Shown: positions 61,520 to 64,000 of the stretch, one piece after another
How the letters are laid out: each line of letters begins with the position of its first letter
How positions within the stretch are numbered: position 1 is the first letter of the stretch
Source of the DNA: Auanema rhodensis
Taxonomy: Eukaryota; Animalia; Nematoda
Direction: 5' to 3'
NCBI GenBank assembly: GCA_964057225.1
Contig: OZ059900.1
Coordinates: forward strand, 10,850,001 to 10,914,000
DNA: 64,000 nt
Made by a program: the position numbers and the translations under genes
Notes under the pieces: generated by a model
The model's input: only the letters and a program-made list of their open reading frames with translations
The model's database searches: none
Told to the model about the DNA's origin: nothing

Positions 61520-62520
61520 AGTGTTACTTGGAATAGACTTCATGGAAGCATTACACCAACAAGGAATTTACACCTCACTTCGACCACTGGATAACACAAT
61601 TGTTATCGGCTCAACACATGTTCCACTAGCACGAGAAACATCTCCGTGGGAACACCAGACCACGAAAGCATATGTGGTTAGCTTAGAAAACAAAACGCTA
61701 AGACCAGGAGAAACAAGAACGCTCACGCTAGAAGTACACGATCCAGAAAGCTATGAACAGGCGTTTCTAGATTGTAAGAAACCAGGCAACAAACTCTCTT
61801 TCACGCCTACTATATTTACGCCAACTGGATACGGAGTACAAATCTACGCGACGAATATATGCAAACAGCCACTCGAAATTCAAATGAATCAAGAAATAGG
61901 GATAGCAGAAGCGATACCAAAGGACAATCAAGAAAAATACGAAGGACAATACATTCCTCCGGAAGCTCGATGGGAAGAACAACTGCCATATTTCCCAGAC
62001 AATTTCATCAATGAGCTTGACCTTTCAGAGGCCTGCTTCTCGCAAATCGAACAACAGCAACTGAAAGAAATAATTTTACTACATAAACAAGCGTTTCTCA
62101 ACGAAGATAGAAATATCGGACTCTTCCTAGGACCAATTGAACACTCCATTCCAATCATGCCAGGAAAAGCACCATCATTCAAAATTACTTATCGTATACC
62201 ACTCTCCCAACAAGAAGAAGTGGAGAAACAAATAGAAGAAATGCTACAACAAAGAATCATTGAACCATCAAACTCAATGACAACTAGTCCAGTAATTTTG
62301 GTGAAGAAGAAAGACAAAACTTACAGATTTGTAACGGACTTTCGAGCTCTGAATGCAATCACCCAGAAACAAGTATACGTCATATCAAACATACAGGACA
62401 TCCTAGATTTGGCCGCTGGAGCAAGGATCTTCAGCAACTTTGATTTAGTATCTGGATTTTTCCAAATACCTCTTAAGAAAGAAGATCGTCATCTTACAGC
62501 TTTCACAACAACAAGTGGAA
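61520..62520 (+). pseudogene. 1001-bp pol fragment (end of protease to N-terminal RT) of a second element copy
   Basis: Colinear with 7806-8806 with about 17 substitutions; lacks the DTG and YLDD motifs; ORF 61521-62615 reads on into unrelated sequence. Confidence 0.92.
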
Positions 62521-63237
62521 GTTATTTATTGAATTTTAATAAATTTTCGTATATAGGATTTTGGATAGAGAGAATGATAAATGATATAGGTACTCTTATA
62601 AATAAATCAAAATGACTTATGAGAATAACATAATGAATAGAAAACTGAGTTTTTGGATACAATTTTTAATAGAAAAGTTTTAGAGTTTTTAAGAGAAAAT
62701 ATTATAAGCTAACTTTTTAGAGAGATAAGATTTTTAATTGAATAAGAGTTGTAGACGGTAGCGCTTGAGTTCTTTTACAAGATCCTGTCCAAAAGAAAGG
62801 ATCTCCGGGGAACCTCCACGTTCCATTTAGATTCTCAATGGTTCCAAGTTGAGAGATCCAAACAGACTATGAGAAGATGAGTATGGTTTTAGATATAAGT
62901 GTGTAATGTAAGGTGAAATAAGAAACAAGAGATGAAATATATAAAGGTTTATTGTTCGCATTATAATATAATTATACAAAGATTTAAGCTAGAGTTAAGA
63001 AAGAGAATATAAAGAAATGATGATGAGATAAAGAGAAAATAAGATAATGAGATGCCTGAGTCTTGAGGACTCAGGTTTATATATCCATACAACTCCTACT
63101 CAGTTTACACAAAATGTTACAAAGCTTATAAAAAGTGCATCTAGAATATTCTCAGAATTGCTTAAAAACTATCTGCATTAGTTTTATAATAGCAGCTGCC
63201 ATGGTCAGCTGCCTTCCTTCGAGATATGTATGTAACA
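62521..63237 (-). mobile_element. Inverted 5' end of a third copy: 5' LTR (62819-63237), PBS and AT-rich leader
   Basis: Reverse complement of the 12764-13180 LTR, followed on the minus strand by a TGG-starting PBS. Confidence 0.92.
62801..62818 (-). promoter_or_regulatory. Primer binding site, tRNA-Gln type
   Basis: TGGAGGTTCCCCGGAGAT directly after the LTR end; 16/18 match to the complement of the conserved eukaryotic tRNA-Gln 3' end (TGGAGGTTCCACCGAGAT, from recall). Confidence 0.8.
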
Positions 63238-63372
63238 GTTTGTTGACGTTATTTATTATTATTCTTACTTAAACAAAAAAACTATTGTGAGAATAAATAA
63301 CGTATTCGAACAAAGTACAAAAATTTTTGAGTCAAATCAGGTAGCTTGGCTTTATTTAGAAAACGATAGTTT
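63238..63372. repeat. Remnants of the array spacer: 20-bp inverted piece (63238-63257) and a diverged direct spacer lacking a tRNA (63263-63372)
   Basis: 63238-63257 reverse complement is aataaataacgtcaacaaac; then tcttacttaaac...ttgtgagaataaataacgt...aaatcaggtagcttggctttatttagaaaacgatagttt. Confidence 0.85.
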
Positions 63373-64000
63373 TCTGTTTTTAACTCAGTTGGCTTAGAAA
63401 TGGTGTCATTTTTTCTTTGTAAGAGTGTGAGGTCAGGAGTTCCCTTGTCTAAATTTTCTGTTATGATGATTCTTGTGGATGAGATAGGTTTTATATTGGA
63501 TTTTTTGTTTCGCGATCTAAATTTGGAGCGAAAACGAAATACCTTCGCAGAAGCGACGCCGAACACCTTTCCGTTCACACTGATAACTGAAATAAACCAG
63601 TTTGAACCTTTTACTTCACTTTATATCTTAATGTTTCTGATTCAACAAGTTCATAATATATAAAACAGTTCATACTTCTCATAAATATGATTCTGTCTGG
63701 TTTCCACTCAATAGTTATGAACACTCTCTTTTTCTTTCTTGTCATCTAAACATTTTCTTCAACTTTTTCTGTTTAGCCTTAGCCTGAACAAATTTATTAA
63801 ATAAAACAATGAACTTTTTTTGTTTTTTGTATTAATTTTCGTTTGTTTGTGATGTCTACTACATTAAATTTTTCATTAGTTAATTTTTCATTAGATTTTT
63901 TCTTCATTCAAAATATTGTTGAATCATTAATTAGTTGCATCTTACTCTACATAGTTGGTTTATGCTGGATTTTAATAAATGCTGTCTACTTAATAGCTCT

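Noticed and set aside
63282-63663. ORFs 63282-63578 (-) and 63400-63663 (+)
   Set aside because: Short, mutually overlapping, partly in degenerate spacer, and with no recognisable domain. A host exon cannot be excluded.

Overview
AT-rich eukaryotic DNA, most likely nematode (40-44 bp GT..TTTAG introns; the tRNA-Ser sequence matches the nematode type as I recall it). It is built from nested mobile DNA and a tRNA gene array. (1) 1-2910 is the right end of a Maverick/Polinton: an integrase-chromodomain C-terminus, a small spliced gene with a D-box, subterminal repeats and a ...CTCTCTACT terminus. It is inserted into the gag 5' region of (2) a Ty3/gypsy LTR element (2911-13180). This element has one uninterrupted ~2940-aa ORF in the unusual order Gag - internal signal peptide - herpes-gB-like envelope (furin site, mucin insert, TM) - PR - RT - RNase H - IN, followed by an orphan ORF and a 417-bp TG...CG LTR. 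(3) 13181-61236 is a 48-kb tandem array of a 248-bp unit, with about 194 minus-strand tRNA-Ser(GCT) genes and higher-order repeat structure. (4) 61237-63237 holds rearranged pieces of two more copies of the same LTR family, including an inverted 5' LTR with a tRNA-Gln PBS. All three LTR/host junctions fall in the same ~17-bp window 59-76 bp upstream of the tRNA gene and in the same orientation. This suggests a tRNA-gene-targeting, envelope-bearing retroelement.
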